Source: Seison nebaliae
Lineage: Eukaryota
Length of the DNA: 64,000 bases
NCBI GenBank assembly: GCA_023231475.1
Contig: JALJEE010000635.1
Span: 1 to 64,000 of the forward strand
Direction of reading: 5' to 3'
This document shows, piece by piece, positions 26,660 to 39,472 of this stretch; the first letter of the stretch is position 1, and each line of letters opens with the position of its first letter. The notes under the pieces were generated by a model. The model was not told the origin of the DNA and did no database searches. It saw nothing but the letters and a program-made list of their open reading frames with translations. A program made the position numbers and the translations under genes.

Positions 26660-29542
26660 TTATTTTCGCTGAAATGCGGTGGAATACGGGCGATTGGGAC
26701 GTCGGACACGACGACAAAGTATTCGGTGAAAAGCAAGACGAAAATCAGGCGAAAAGATTGTGTAGATAATGGGGTTGAGTGTGGAGTTGACGTAACCAAG
26801 CCAGAGGAAAAATGAGTAGAGAATTGGAGGAAATTTTAACGTCTCATTCTTGTCGAACGGTGTTATCAGTTCGTGAATGAAAAATGGCAGCCAACAAATA
26901 ACAAAAGCACCAATGATAATTCCTAAAGTTTTTGAAGCTTTTCGCTCCCGCTTCATGTCGATACGTTCTCGACGTTTTCTCATCATCGAGAGACTTCTCA
27001 TCACCAGATTAGATGTGCCATTAGCTAAATCTTCGACTTTGTTCGGTTTCTCGTCAACGATTAATGTGGACGCTGTCGTCAATAAACACGTATCGATCAT
27101 AATGGCTGAGATTCCTCCGGCCGCATTCTTCTTTCCCAACATTTCTTCTTTCGATACATCTTTCTTCTTTTCCGTTAATTTATTTGACATATCGTCATTC
27201 GTGTTATTTATCACCCTTTTATTATTCGTCATTTCATCATCGTCCATTTTGGTGAGGGTGGTATTCGAACCATTCTCTACCAATGTCTTATTATCATTAA
27301 TCGTTAACGAGTCGTGCATTCTAGATGCATCGTCTGATAAGTCGTTTTCAAAACTTTTATTCTCTTTCTCCAATATCAGATCGAGACTATGTGGTAAAAT
27401 GGAAGATTTCCGTGAGGAATCTTCTCTCTTGATTGATGGTGGATTGGGTTGGAGTTCGCACGAATTGCTTTGACTTCGTTTCTCGTTCCAAGTTAAAATC
27501 GTTTGACATTTGATGCTTCGACAATGTTTATTATTTGAATCGGTCAATTTCCCATTTTTGGTTGATGGACGTGGGGAGATGGTTGAGAGGGAGAGACACG
27601 GTTTATTGGTAATGATCTCACTGGTGGGTATGGTGGAATATGGGGAGGAAGGATAAATCTCATCAGACAACAAATAAATTGGTTGTGTGTCTGTCGTTCG
27701 TTGGATGTGAGTACGTGAATTGCGATGTGAATAAACTTTACTCCTCTTTATCTGATGAATGGTAATCGTATCGATTTTACTCGTATTCTTCTTCTTCCAC
27801 AAATTGTAACGATATTGATTCGTCAGTTCTGGTGACGTGACGAGAATACTACACGACTCGTTACTGGAAATTTGTTTGTCTTTCATTTTTTTGATTTGGC
27901 GCCGATATTCTCGTCGTTCCGACGATCGACTATTCGTATGTGTCGATTGGTTCGTCGTCAATTTAACCAGGTTGGGCGACATATCACCAAATGATGGTGT
28001 CGGTACGATCGATTGTCTTCTCATCGTCGACGGTGATGATGTGGTGGAGGAAGTTAAAACATTCGTCGTCACTTCACAATCGTCATGTGGATGAGAACAT
28101 AAAATATTGGACGTACCGGAAAATCTTGATTTATCCAAATTTAATAATTTTGTTGTTGTTGTGGTGGTGGTGGTAGTGGCGACGGTTGCCATGACAACAT
28201 TAGATCGTAAATTATCATATAAACTCAAATCTTTCGGCATGGTCATATTGTCGGTGGTGGTGTTGGTGGTGATGGTGGTTGTTGGAGGTAATGTCTTGTC
28301 ATCTTCTCCCAATTCTCCCTCCTCTTCCACCAATTTTGTATTAAGGGCAATATTTTCGGTGACGGTTTCTCCCGTTTGTGGAATTGATTGTTTCGTTTGA
28401 GTATTTGATATTTCGCTACTGATTTCACGTCGAAGACAACCTTCTTTCACTCTCCCTATGGAAAAACAACTGAGACGTTTCGGCTCTTTCGCATTGGTCG
28501 AGAGTCGTTGACTGACGATTTTACTACGATGAATTCTGAATTTGGCCGCTTGAAAAATCTTCCAATATATGAAACACATCACAAATAGTGGAATGTAGAA
28601 GGCGACGAGAACCGACGTTAAGCGGTACCATTGCGGACCGACAATTCCGCACGTTTCGAACGTTTCATATTCATCGTGATATCTTTGTCGTTTGTTCAAT
28701 ATGGTGCTCGTTATAAGTTGATTGTTGATGGTCGTTTGATTTTCTCTCGGAATTTTGTTGATGGCACCAACCGAACTCTCTCGACGGAACACAAATTTGG
28801 GTATGATAGAGATGATGGCGGAGAGGAACCAGACGAAAAAGATCATGAAATAAATCCTGTTCGCTGTCCGTTTTGCTGCGTAATCGATTTTGGTGATAGC
28901 CCAAAATCGGTCGAGAGCGATCGCCACCAAATGGAGAATGGACGCAGTGCAACATAACATGTCCAATGAGATCCACATGTCACAAATGATGGGACCCAAA
29001 TTCTCTTGTGGGATGAGTTCGTTGATTAAACTGAGTGGCATTACAATCGTGCCCACCATCAAATCGGCGACCGCCAACGATAAACTTAAATAATAGGCGA
29101 CAGTCGATCGTAATTGTCTATCGATTAAAACGGCAGTGATGACGAGAACGTTACCGATGAGTGTTAGAACGATGAGAAAGACGAGAATGATGATAAGAAT
29201 ATATTGTCCGGGAGAGAACTGCAGATTTTGGTGGTGAACGTTCGTGGGAGAAAGTAGCGAATTACCATTCTCATTCCGATTAGATGTGCCATTATTACTT
29301 GTTCCATTTCTCTCGTTTCGATTATTGGAATTTGTGCTCCTAGCACCCCCTAAGCGCCCACTCCCACCGGTGTTGGTGTGAGACGAAGAAGAATGCGACG
29401 AATGTGTCTGCGCTTCCAGATTAAGTGCCACATTTAACAATGAGTTGTCGTTCGTCAATTTATCACCCAGACCATAATGATGGAGGGGATAGAACGGTTG
29501 GTTGTCCACGAATAACAAAGGAAGATCGTACATGTTATTCAT
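26660..29542 (-). CDS. Aminergic class A GPCR, 5-HT1-like serotonin receptor
   Basis: TM3 'CDMWISLDMLCCTASILHLVAIALDRFWAIT', 'ERKASKTLGII', 'CWLPFF', 'WLGYVNSTLNPIIYTIFSPDFR'; single exon with very long third intracellular loop. Confidence 0.9.
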   Translation of the reverse strand: MNNMYDLPLLFVDNQPFYPLHHYGLGDKLTNDNSLLNVALNLEAQTHSSHSSSSHTNTGGSGRLGGARSTNSNNRNERNGTSNNGTSNRNENGNSLLSPTNVHHQNLQFSPGQYILIIILVFLIVLTLIGNVLVITAVLIDRQLRSTVAYYLSLSLAVADLMVGTIVMPLSLINELIPQENLGPIICDMWISLDMLCCTASILHLVAIALDRFWAITKIDYAAKRTANRIYFMIFFVWFLSAIISIIPKFVFRRESSVGAINKIPRENQTTINNQLITSTILNKRQRYHDEYETFETCGIVGPQWYRLTSVLVAFYIPLFVMCFIYWKIFQAAKFRIHRSKIVSQRLSTNAKEPKRLSCFSIGRVKEGCLRREISSEISNTQTKQSIPQTGETVTENIALNTKLVEEEGELGEDDKTLPPTTTITTNTTTDNMTMPKDLSLYDNLRSNVVMATVATTTTTTTTTKLLNLDKSRFSGTSNILCSHPHDDCEVTTNVLTSSTTSSPSTMRRQSIVPTPSFGDMSPNLVKLTTNQSTHTNSRSSERREYRRQIKKMKDKQISSNESCSILVTSPELTNQYRYNLWKKKNTSKIDTITIHQIKRSKVYSHRNSRTHIQRTTDTQPIYLLSDEIYPSSPYSTIPTSEIITNKPCLSLSTISPRPSTKNGKLTDSNNKHCRSIKCQTILTWNEKRSQSNSCELQPNPPSIKREDSSRKSSILPHSLDLILEKENKSFENDLSDDASRMHDSLTINDNKTLVENGSNTTLTKMDDDEMTNNKRVINNTNDDMSNKLTEKKKDVSKEEMLGKKNAAGGISAIMIDTCLLTTASTLIVDEKPNKVEDLANGTSNLVMRSLSMMRKRRERIDMKRERKASKTLGIIIGAFVICWLPFFIHELITPFDKNETLKFPPILYSFFLWLGYVNSTLNPIIYTIFSPDFRLAFHRILCRRVRRPNRPYSTAFQRK

Positions 29543-31590
29543 TTCTTATTTCCTTCTCACAAGCGAATCGGTGGACAGTCATATCATCATTTGACACACG
29601 TAAATTTGTTGTTGAATGAAAAGTTGAATGCAAAGTTGAATGATTGTGGAATTTTCTCAATTGATCATTGATCATATTCAAACATCCCTCCTTCTCTTCT
29701 CACATGATCGTTAAGACTTTTATCATCATCAGTATCGTCATTGATTCTGTTGATATGGGAAGAAGAAAAAAATGAGTTGAATAAATTTTAAAAAAAAATT
29801 ATTTGAAAAAAGAAAAAAAGTTTTGACCACAACGAAACGAGAAGTAGTGAAAGAGAATTTTAGAAGAGAATTGGAAAGGAAAGAAAAGTTTCGAATTAAC
29901 CTATTCGAAATGTGTTGGTGAACGGGAGATGACTCGGAGAAGGAGGAGGATTGGGCGTCACTCGTTACGGGAGATAAGGAATGAGATAATGGGAAGGAGA
30001 TGAGATAATGGTAAGGTCTCCAAACTGCTGGTAAATAGGACAGTTCCGTACGACTATTATGTTCATTAATTCGACTAATGGAAAGAATGACATTATGATT
30101 CCAATAGAAAATTATTTGAAGGACGTTGGTGGATGGGAGAAGCAGAAAATAGATGGGGAATAAAAGAAGAAGGCAAAGGAATGAACAAACGACTTTTCTT
30201 TCCATTTTTTTCTCGTCGGCAACTAGATGAGAAATAAAGCAAATCAGAAGGTAAATGATGTTGGAACAATACGACCTAAATTCGAACGAACCAAAATAAA
30301 ATAAAGAAATCGAGCAACAACAAAACAATAACAAGAACAACATCATCATATTTTATTCTTTCGTTATTCTGTTTGAGTTGAATGCAATAGGAGATTAGCT
30401 CGTTCCATCTAATATATTTGAGCAACATCCTTTCTATTGCTTTGGTGCTCCCCCTTCCCATTCATAGCTCAGTAAAAAACGGTCGCATTTTCCCATTAAA
30501 ATTGTTGGAATGCTTCCTGTAACGAGAACGATCATTCATTTCCGTGTTTACTCACTCGCTCTCGCCTTTTCTCCGTTTCTTTCTTTTTTCAAACTTTTCC
30601 TTCAACGACGTTCACCCAGATACTCTCAACTCCGATTTCCCTTCACATATCTCCCACACGTTCACTCTTCTTCGTCTTCTTCTTCATTGTCCGTTCAAAT
30701 GAAGGGAATAGTTATGCAATAATGGCGATAAGATAATAACTCAACATTTCCTACATACACTAGTCAATGTTATAATATGCTGGTTCAATCCAAACATTTA
30801 ACTGATACATTACTAGACATGAGCGGTACCGATTAACTATTGGTACTCTCTGTCGAATGACTGACGACATAATGTGATCGGGAGTAAAAGAGCAATTTGG
30901 CGAGTGTGGCCAAGTCAATCTTCTCATCATACGCACCAGACGAATAAGTGAGATGGAAAGAATGAGACGGGAGACGAAGGAAGGCGATGGGTGAACGGGA
31001 GCGAGTGGGGAGTCGATACAACTAGAGCATACGGAAGAAATGTTCGTGCAATCCTTTCATGAAATTTTCAAATAAAATCATCACTGCTTTGGCATTAATG
31101 GAAAGCAATTATTAATAGTAAATAAATTAAGTATGACATATCTAATCAATCAATGTCCGATCTCCTAGACACTAAGAACTAACGTGACCGACAATGTTCC
31201 ATTACATGCGCACAGTCATTCCTCTCCCTTCTCTTCTTTGTTCGGTCATGTCTCCTTCTTATGACATTAAGGGATGTTCCATACATTGGCAATGAAAGAA
31301 AGGATGGGGACCGTACTTGAATGTATTAATCCGTCGACTAGGCCGCGAAGATGATACGTACGTCGTCATGATCAGGATACATTAGTAAGTGGACAGATTG
31401 TTAATGTACTGAATTATCGTAACAATCAAATCATCTTAACTTTTCTCCCCTCCCCAACGAAAGTAGACAAGGCAAGAAAGGAGTGAGGGAATGTCATTTT
31501 ATTGAATTAACACGGAAATTGGGAAATGCTTCCCTCCAAAATATTCTCATGTCGTTTAGACGAAGGGGAAACATATTAGATAATCATCAT

Positions 31591-31591
<1 letters not shown>

Positions 31592-31638
<47 letters not shown>

Positions 31639-31640
31639 GT
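31592..31640. repeat. (CAT)n microsatellite, non-coding
   Basis: Uninterrupted run of tcatcatca... read directly; similar trinucleotide runs encode poly-Ser at ~21611-21660 and ~52806-52858. Confidence 0.9.
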
Positions 31641-34600
31641 CATCATGATCCATATCAGTCCCAACAACTAATTGTTATTTAATTAATAATGAAAATTAAT
31701 TAAGAAATTAATCAATTAATTAATTAATTAATAATTATCACATTCTTTGATAAGGGATCGAGGAGGGAGGGAGGGAGTTAGGTAGAGAAAGAGGAAACAT
31801 TAATTGATAATTGATCATTCCAAAACACTACTACTCACCTAGTGAAAGTGTTGGAGCCGAACTGGAACGGATGTGAATTGTAAAAGAATTAGAATGAAAT
31901 TCAAATGTTTGAAATTTGCCACTTCTGTCCAATGGGGACGAGCAAAAATGGAAGTGGCGAAACTGGGAGGACATAATGAAAAGAAGAAATATTATTAGGA
32001 ATTGTTCCAATTCAGCAAGGGGAATCACATTATACAATCGTTATACAATTTAAGAATATCATGTTGACTGCTTTATTCGACATATAAAAGAAATAAACAA
32101 AAGAGAAATAGGAAAGAATAAATTCTTTTAAATGAAAAGATAATAACAAAAAAATTGATAAGTAGAAAATAATAAGATATTTCCTCATATTCCTTCCAAC
32201 TCGTCATTGATCATTATCATTATCATCAGCATTATGATTACTAGTGCCTATCACCCTCCCCCCTCCCGTCTCTCATAATCACATATTGAAAAGATAATTT
32301 TTGACATCGCTAGCTCACACATCCATTATAGTCTTATCTTTCGATTAGGCAGGGGCAGTCGTGAGTTCGATGAAGAAGTTGTCGAAGAGCAATGATTACC
32401 ATCGCTCATGTTTCTTGTTTTCTTTGATGATTCATCATATTTATTCATGAATTGGCTAAACTGATACATCGGCAATATTCTCTCCTCCATTCTTTACTTC
32501 CTCTCACCAATTCCTTACACGCTCTCTCGCATTCCTACAAGCAGCAAATTCGCTAAGGAATCGAGTCCAATTGATAAATTGGGAACAGTCCACTATCTAT
32601 GAAAAGGAAGACGATAACGTCGAACGACAACAACCATTCAAATTCGCAACTTTCATACGCAATTTCCCTGCAGTTCCCAACTTCTTCCAGCCGATGCACC
32701 ACCATTCGAAGAAGAACTTGTAACACGAGAGCTTGATCAATTTTCGTTTTGTGCCTTTACGTCTTCTCATTATAATCGAACTGTCTTTTGATGAGTAGAT
32801 CACGTGCAACCCATTCCTTTTCTGAAAAACGAACAATTTATGAGACTATTACGTTCCTTCAACAATACTCCTCTCCCTCCTCCTCCTCCTCCTCTACTCT
32901 CAACAATGACGACTATGATAACGACGATGACGAATGAACTAGTCAACGGCTGAATAGATCGGGAGCGAAACAAACATTTCCCATCACCAAATTAAATGAG
33001 GAAGATAAGGGAGAGAAGGTCGAATTCCTTCACAGTTTGACGAATATACGAACCGATTGTTTCCATTTTCCTAGTTCTTTCCTTCCTTTACCCTTCTACC
33101 AACTACCAAACTGAATAAGGTGCACCTACAGGAAATTGCTTCTTCACACCTTTCTCATTTATCACTCAAACATGTCCGTTGGACGATTCGTATTCCGAAC
33201 ATCTTCTCATCTCGGACGTCCCTCCAATCCCTCCGAGCCGAACAATTAATCTTTCATGTCCTCGTCGCACAATCTACTTATCATCTTCTCCTTTCCATGA
33301 ATTATTTGTCCTTCTGATATTTTGTCCTTTTTACCTTCGCTTCGCCAGTTCTTCACGCCGATCACGACAAGAACATATAACAGTGTCTTCATCAACGAAC
33401 TTTCCAATTAGCATCTTAATTCTTCATTCATCTCATGAATATTTATCATTACCAATAGAAATACACTTTAAAATAATACCTTGTATATACTTCCATGTCT
33501 ACCATTTGTTTTCATCATAATAATGCTGTTTACTCATCTAGTCCGTTATACGTAAAATAACTCTCCCTCTCCCTCTCTCCTTCTCCCATCCCATCAAATC
33601 TGGAACTTGATTCTTTTAGACTCAATTATTGAAAAGTATTTTCAACTATAAATCCACAAACTTTAAATACCAAATAAATCATTCGGATATTGAGAGATCA
33701 CTGATTTGGCGTGGCAAACTTCAACTTTTTCAACTAATCTCCGAAGAATCTTCACATTAATCGGAGCCCATCGCAATATCTGTCAATTCTCACAATTCAC
33801 CTCCAATTTACCTCCGATTTCTTCGGTTACGTAATTGGGACTTGTTTCCCCTCTAATCAAACATTCTCCCATCTCCAAATTCTCACATATTTCTTATTTG
33901 TGATTTGGAAGAAGGAATTCTCTCATCTAAAAAAATCGTTAGGGGAAAGTACGATATGCTAAGTCATTAAATCAACAATCAAATCGAATAAGATCATATC
34001 ATTTTTTGGAGAAGAGAATTCTCTGATCAACCATATGTCGGTCGAATAAATCTGCATGTCCATTCGTGAGCAAATAAAAGATTTCCTTAAGGAGAATTTG
34101 CGGAGACCATTCCCAATGTTTCCTACTTTTAACTCTTTCGATTACTTTTTACTGTAAATTAGAGAATTCGACAATATGTTTGGAAGAAAGTTGAGTTCGT
34201 TCAAAAGTTTAAGAGTAGCGATTCGGGAATATTTCCTTTTCAATCGAAGAAGAAAGTGCAGCGAATACGAACGAAATTCATATTTAGTACGATGTTCGTC
34301 TAATTTGAATAGATTCATTAAAATCCATCTGTCCATCACTAAGCGATTTCATTTTCTATTCATGCATTTAACCTTCCTCTCGCCCTAACAAATTGGAGAG
34401 AAAAAGGGAAAATTTATTTAAAATATCAACAACATTAGGCGATAGTAAATAAAATCAACAAACAATCTACTTCTTTCCTTAAACTGACAAGGAAGAAATA
34501 AAGGAAAACTGAAATCACCTAACCTCCATCTAATCTAAATATGTTTATTACATTTATTAGGAGAACATCTCCGAACCAAATGATTATTTGAGATCAGTCT

Positions 34601-35370
34601 GCACACAACCTGCCAACATATATTGTGAAATTGTTCCTCGGAAAATAATCCAAAGAAAATTCGGTTAAAATTTAGGGAATTTTTGTCTTTTTGAAATTGA
34701 TTTAACATTATCGATTAATAATTGAAAAGAATGAAGGACTCGTCACTTATCTGACAATTACAGTGGAATTAGAATTCATCGACTGACATTGTCATGTGAT
34801 GATTCGTGTGGAAAAGATTTGGTGGAAGAAAAAGAAAGTGAAATTCGATGACTACTTAAGTTATTTGTCACTTTTAATTATTGTGTAAATCTCTCGATAT
34901 AATTCAAATATCGAATAAGACAAATATCGTCATCAATTTATCGATTGGAAAAATTGAGTGTAAATTAGGAGTCCTAATTTAGGAGAATAATAAATGTAAG
35001 AAATAATGTGGTTGGGCACTGAGATAAAAGTGTGGTGAATTGTCATGAAATGGAGTGGCGAAGAGGTAATCGAATTATTTGAATAATTAAAAAGTTGGGG
35101 AGTTCAAATGAATGGAGAAGGAGAGGAAAGTTATGATATCTCGAGGGAAGATTTGAGCGTCCGTTGTATGAGAGGGGGGATGGGAAGACGTTAATTGTTT
35201 GCGATCTTCCCTAATCATCAAGTGAGAGGGGAAAGATGAAGAGAATTTTGCGAATGATTGTGTAAGATAAAACGGAATGGTATTTGAGGAATTAAGCAAT
35301 AAAAGTTTCAATTAGGTGAATTAGGTAGACACATATCATGAAAGTAATGATTAAGGAGGGAGAGAAAAAA

Positions 35371-35405
<35 letters not shown>

Positions 35406-36454
35406 AATGACTTCCAATTAAAAGATAAAGAATTCACTGATAAATTTAACAGTCTCAAAATAGTTGAGGAGAGGTGGTGGTGGTGTTGGCGGCGGTGAGA
35501 GTTTGAGTTGGGAAAGAAAGCAATTGAAAACATAAAAGTTAATTGTAAATGAGTTGGTGTATGGAGGGTTGGGGAGTGAAGACATATTGAATGAGGGTGA
35601 ATGAGTGACTGATGATGGAATTCTTATCATTCTCATCTTCGAATTTGGTTTCTGTGTAACATTTTGATTTTAAGTTGAATGAACATTATCTAACTTCTGT
35701 TTCGATTGCACTAATGTTTATGTTTGGGAAGCATATACCTTTGCGGCAGATTAACTTTTATATGTCTCTATACATGTCCTGTGTATGTGTGGCTTGGTAC
35801 ATGGGACGTATGTCTCCTCGCCATGTCGATGGGAGAGCGGTGAATGTGCGCTTTATTTACTACTGGCTGTATGATGATTGCCCTATCGTTCCTCTTTAAC
35901 AACTAAACAGGAAAGCTGAAAAGGAAAGGAAAGAACCTTCCAATTTCAAAGGAGAAAGGAATCATTAATCAATTTCTAATAACTAAAACTTATTTATGAA
36001 TTTCTCCAAGAAATCCATTATTCTTCTCGTTGTGTCAACTATAATCTGCTCCCCCTCCTCATTCTCCCTTCCTTATTCTACAGTCAACGAACGCAATTGT
36101 TTTGGGAGTTAGCAAGAGCTAATCGTTAAATAATTTTATTCGTTTCCCTCATCCTCATCTAATCGCAAATTATTCAACTCTACTTAATCCCAATGCATCC
36201 CCTCCCATCACCTCCACTCGTTCATTTACGTACGAAAAATACAATTTAAAATTCTTTCTTTCCTTTCCAATCAATATAATGATGAACATGTTCCTATTAA
36301 TTTTTGATTTATCTGACAAGTTTGAATATTGACTCGTTGTGAGTTTGAAGATGAAAAACAGTATTGAATTGAACTTTAATTTAAGAAAGAATGAATGATT
36401 TTGTTGGAATTTTGGAAAATTTAAAAAAAAAAATTTCTTCCCCGAAAACAAATG

Positions 36455-39085
36455 TCATTTGGATTGAGATAATTCAAAATTCTCTATCGGCACTTCAATG
36501 GAATGATGAGTTAATGGAAATCGCATTAATTCCAATTGATCGATTGAATCGATCAACCATCCCAATGACACGACTGGAACGGGATTCAAAGTGAACGATT
36601 TTTTCAAATTTATCAAACGATCCAATTCTCCTCTTTCCATATCGATCATTTGAGAATCGAGATTCCCAACGAATTGTTCGTATTGTTCACTCATGACCAT
36701 CGTGTCTGGTAATCGCCATTCACCATATTCAACCTCTAAATCTGGTGTGATGACTATCGGTGATGGTATTAACAAATCTTCGATATCTTCTCCATTTCGT
36801 TCGAGTAAATGAATTTTCTCCACATTCGAATGCCAGAATGGATGATAATCAGTTAATGGATTCTCTCTCAAGAATTTCCCACCACCCTCCACTATCAATA
36901 GGATGATATCGGTCAGATCGACGGGATATGAACCGGTTTCGATAAAAAAAGTCAAACCATCGAACAAGTTCGAATAAGCCACATATTCTCCACATTCATT
37001 CAAATTGTGTTCGTCGCAATTGAGAAGTTCGACTTTCTCCTCGAAATTCTCTCGAGCTAATCGACTTCGTTTCGGCGTTTCTGAATCGGGAAATTTAACA
37101 CTGCCCTTCAACTCATAAGGAGCTGGAGACAACCATTGATTTTGTTCAGCACTTTCAATCAGCCATCTCGTCGACACGATCCAATTGCCGCGAAGTATCG
37201 AACGGAAATAATTGATTGTTCGAGTTGCTAAATCACTTTTCTGTCCCGAACAAATCACATGAGTTGCATCGAACACATCCGTTTGTAATGATAATTCACC
37301 GTTCAAGAATGCATGTTTTGGTAATAATGTTGAATGACGAATGGCGATATTTAATCCACGACGGTCAACACTCGACAATCCTGTCAACAGAATATTTGGC
37401 ATATCTGTCAATTGAGATTCATAAAATTCTTCATCTGTCATTTCATCTATTTCCTCTTCAATTTTCTTCTTTTTTTTTTTTCGTCCTCGTTTCTTTTTAG
37501 GAGGAGGAGGAGGAGGAGGAGGAGAAGAAGAAGAAGTAACGGGAATTCCACCATCAATTTCCTCCATTTGAAGATCATCATTTGAATTTTTTTCTGATTC
37601 TTTTTTCAATTTATCCTCTTTCAATTTCTTTTTTTTCAATTTTTTCAATTTCTTCTTCTCTCTCTTTTTCTTCCTTTTTCTCTTTTTTCTCTTCTTCAAC
37701 TTCTTTTCCATTTTCCTCTCCTTTTTCTTCTTCTTCTTCTCTTCTTCTTTCTCTATATCATCTTCCAATTCCAATACTCTTTCTTCATGTTCTTCTTCAC
37801 GTTCTTCTTCATGTTCTTCAGTTTCCTCCGTCTCAATTTTCAAATCTTCAATTTTCTCTTTACTACTTCGACTACTACTTCGACTATTACATTTGGAAGT
37901 TATGGCAATAATCGGAGTGGCAACATCTTTTGTTATTGTTGTTGCTGCTATTGGTATTGTTGTTGTTGTTGTTGTTGTTGTTGTTACTTCTTCAATGATA
38001 TCCGAAACGACATCGGATGAACTTCGAGTGATTTTATCATTTTCTGATGATTTCCGTTTGGATCTGGTATTTGTAATTTTTTCTGGTTCCGATTCGATTT
38101 TCTTTTTTTCGGTTAATGTCATTTTCTTCGTTTTCGTCGTCGTCTTCTTCTGAGCGACGGATTTCTTCCTCTTTCTCGTTTTCGGACCATCATTTTGATC
38201 AACCTCATTTTTGACAACCGTTTCTGATTCCACTTCCACCGGCGTTTCTTCTACCAATTTCTTTGGTTTCCGTCCAACTTTCTTTTTCACTTTCTCCACT
38301 TTTATCGGAGTGACGATGATTTTCTTCTTATTTGTCACTTTTCTTTTATCTTTCTTACCTTTCATTTTCTTCGTACTCGTTCCAACTTTGGAAGAAACAG
38401 AAGTAGCCGACGAAATTCGGGAGGATGTCACCGAATTTTCCGATTCACTTTCCGATGTGGAGACGATTCGTTTATTCGATCGTTTTGCCACTTTCGGTTG
38501 AGTTGGAGAAGTTATTCTTCTTTCCGTTCGTTTCCGTTTTCTGGTTTCTTTCACTTCCACTTTAATCGGTTCATCATCCAAAAAATCGTTATTGAATGGA
38601 CGATATGGTTCGTCTAATCTCTTACAATCGATGGCGAATGTTTTAGTTTTCTCATCACTTGTATAATCTAACGGTGTCATACCATCACTATCTTGACAAT
38701 GTAAATTCGCTCCATATTCAATTAACATTTCGATTATTTGATAATCTCCAAATTGCATCGCTTCATGTAACGGTGTTACTCGATTACCACCACCTTCCAC
38801 TTGTTCACCACTTGTCACTGCACTATATTCTAATAACAATCGACACAGAGGAACATTACAATTGGAAGCGGCTTCATGTAACGGTGTCCAACCGGCATAA
38901 TCTCTCGTATTCGCCGAATAACCTTCTTCCAATAACGTCTTCGTCTTATCGAAATCATCTTTTACTACGGCAATGTGCAACTTCGTCTCACCTTTCATAT
39001 TCTTCCGTTTACGGAAATCCTCTTTGAGAGTAGTGGCATCGGCCTTCTGAGCGGCAATCGCCTTCGTTCGACGACTAGCCCGCAT
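36455..39085 (-). CDS. Ankyrin + tandem BRCT protein, BARD1-like, without a RING domain
   Basis: 'KNMKGETKLHIA..NTRDYAGWTPLHEAA' ankyrins; BRCT 'THVI..RTINYFRSILRGNWIVSTRWL', linker 'PKRSRLARE..LFDGLTFFI', second BRCT 'SLGWLIDSI'; long Lys/Glu-rich linker. Confidence 0.72.
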   Translation of the reverse strand: MRASRRTKAIAAQKADATTLKEDFRKRKNMKGETKLHIAVVKDDFDKTKTLLEEGYSANTRDYAGWTPLHEAASNCNVPLCRLLLEYSAVTSGEQVEGGGNRVTPLHEAMQFGDYQIIEMLIEYGANLHCQDSDGMTPLDYTSDEKTKTFAIDCKRLDEPYRPFNNDFLDDEPIKVEVKETRKRKRTERRITSPTQPKVAKRSNKRIVSTSESESENSVTSSRISSATSVSSKVGTSTKKMKGKKDKRKVTNKKKIIVTPIKVEKVKKKVGRKPKKLVEETPVEVESETVVKNEVDQNDGPKTRKRKKSVAQKKTTTKTKKMTLTEKKKIESEPEKITNTRSKRKSSENDKITRSSSDVVSDIIEEVTTTTTTTTTIPIAATTITKDVATPIIAITSKCNSRSSSRSSKEKIEDLKIETEETEEHEEEREEEHEERVLELEDDIEKEEEKKKKKKERKMEKKLKKRKKRKRKKKREKKKLKKLKKKKLKEDKLKKESEKNSNDDLQMEEIDGGIPVTSSSSPPPPPPPPKKKRGRKKKKKKIEEEIDEMTDEEFYESQLTDMPNILLTGLSSVDRRGLNIAIRHSTLLPKHAFLNGELSLQTDVFDATHVICSGQKSDLATRTINYFRSILRGNWIVSTRWLIESAEQNQWLSPAPYELKGSVKFPDSETPKRSRLARENFEEKVELLNCDEHNLNECGEYVAYSNLFDGLTFFIETGSYPVDLTDIILLIVEGGGKFLRENPLTDYHPFWHSNVEKIHLLERNGEDIEDLLIPSPIVITPDLEVEYGEWRLPDTMVMSEQYEQFVGNLDSQMIDMERGELDRLINLKKSFTLNPVPVVSLGWLIDSIDQLELMRFPLTHHSIEVPIENFELSQSK

Positions 39086-39472
39086 TATTCCAATAACGAA
39101 TTTTCCAATAAATTAACGAACTAAGAAAAATTCATTAAATTTTTGTTTGTAAGCCAAAAATTTGAATTAAACATCATCTAATAATTCTCTAAATTCCATT
39201 CGAAAATATTCCATTAAGCTGTCGTCTATTAGACATTCTAAAAGGTAACTTTTATAAAATTAATATCAGTTTATAAACGGTTTTCAAACGGTTTTCAAAC
39301 GTCAGCCATAATGACTCTTTTTAATTTGAATTTTAAATCTATTTATTTCGCTTGAATGAAGTGGGGAAAGAAGTGGAAGGAAGTGAAATATTAAATTTAA
39401 TAGTGGAATGATGACGATGATGGAAATGAGAAATATAATTCAAATAAAAATTTGGGAGAATTTAAGTAAAAA

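Noticed and set aside
26877..27473. Antisense ORFs over the GPCR, BARD1-like, ATPase and other genes
   Set aside because: Shadow frames of real coding sequence.
29738..30349. 203 aa minus-strand ORF (also 24328-24915, 195 aa)
   Set aside because: Phe/Leu/Ser-rich translation of pyrimidine-rich non-coding DNA with no domain signal.
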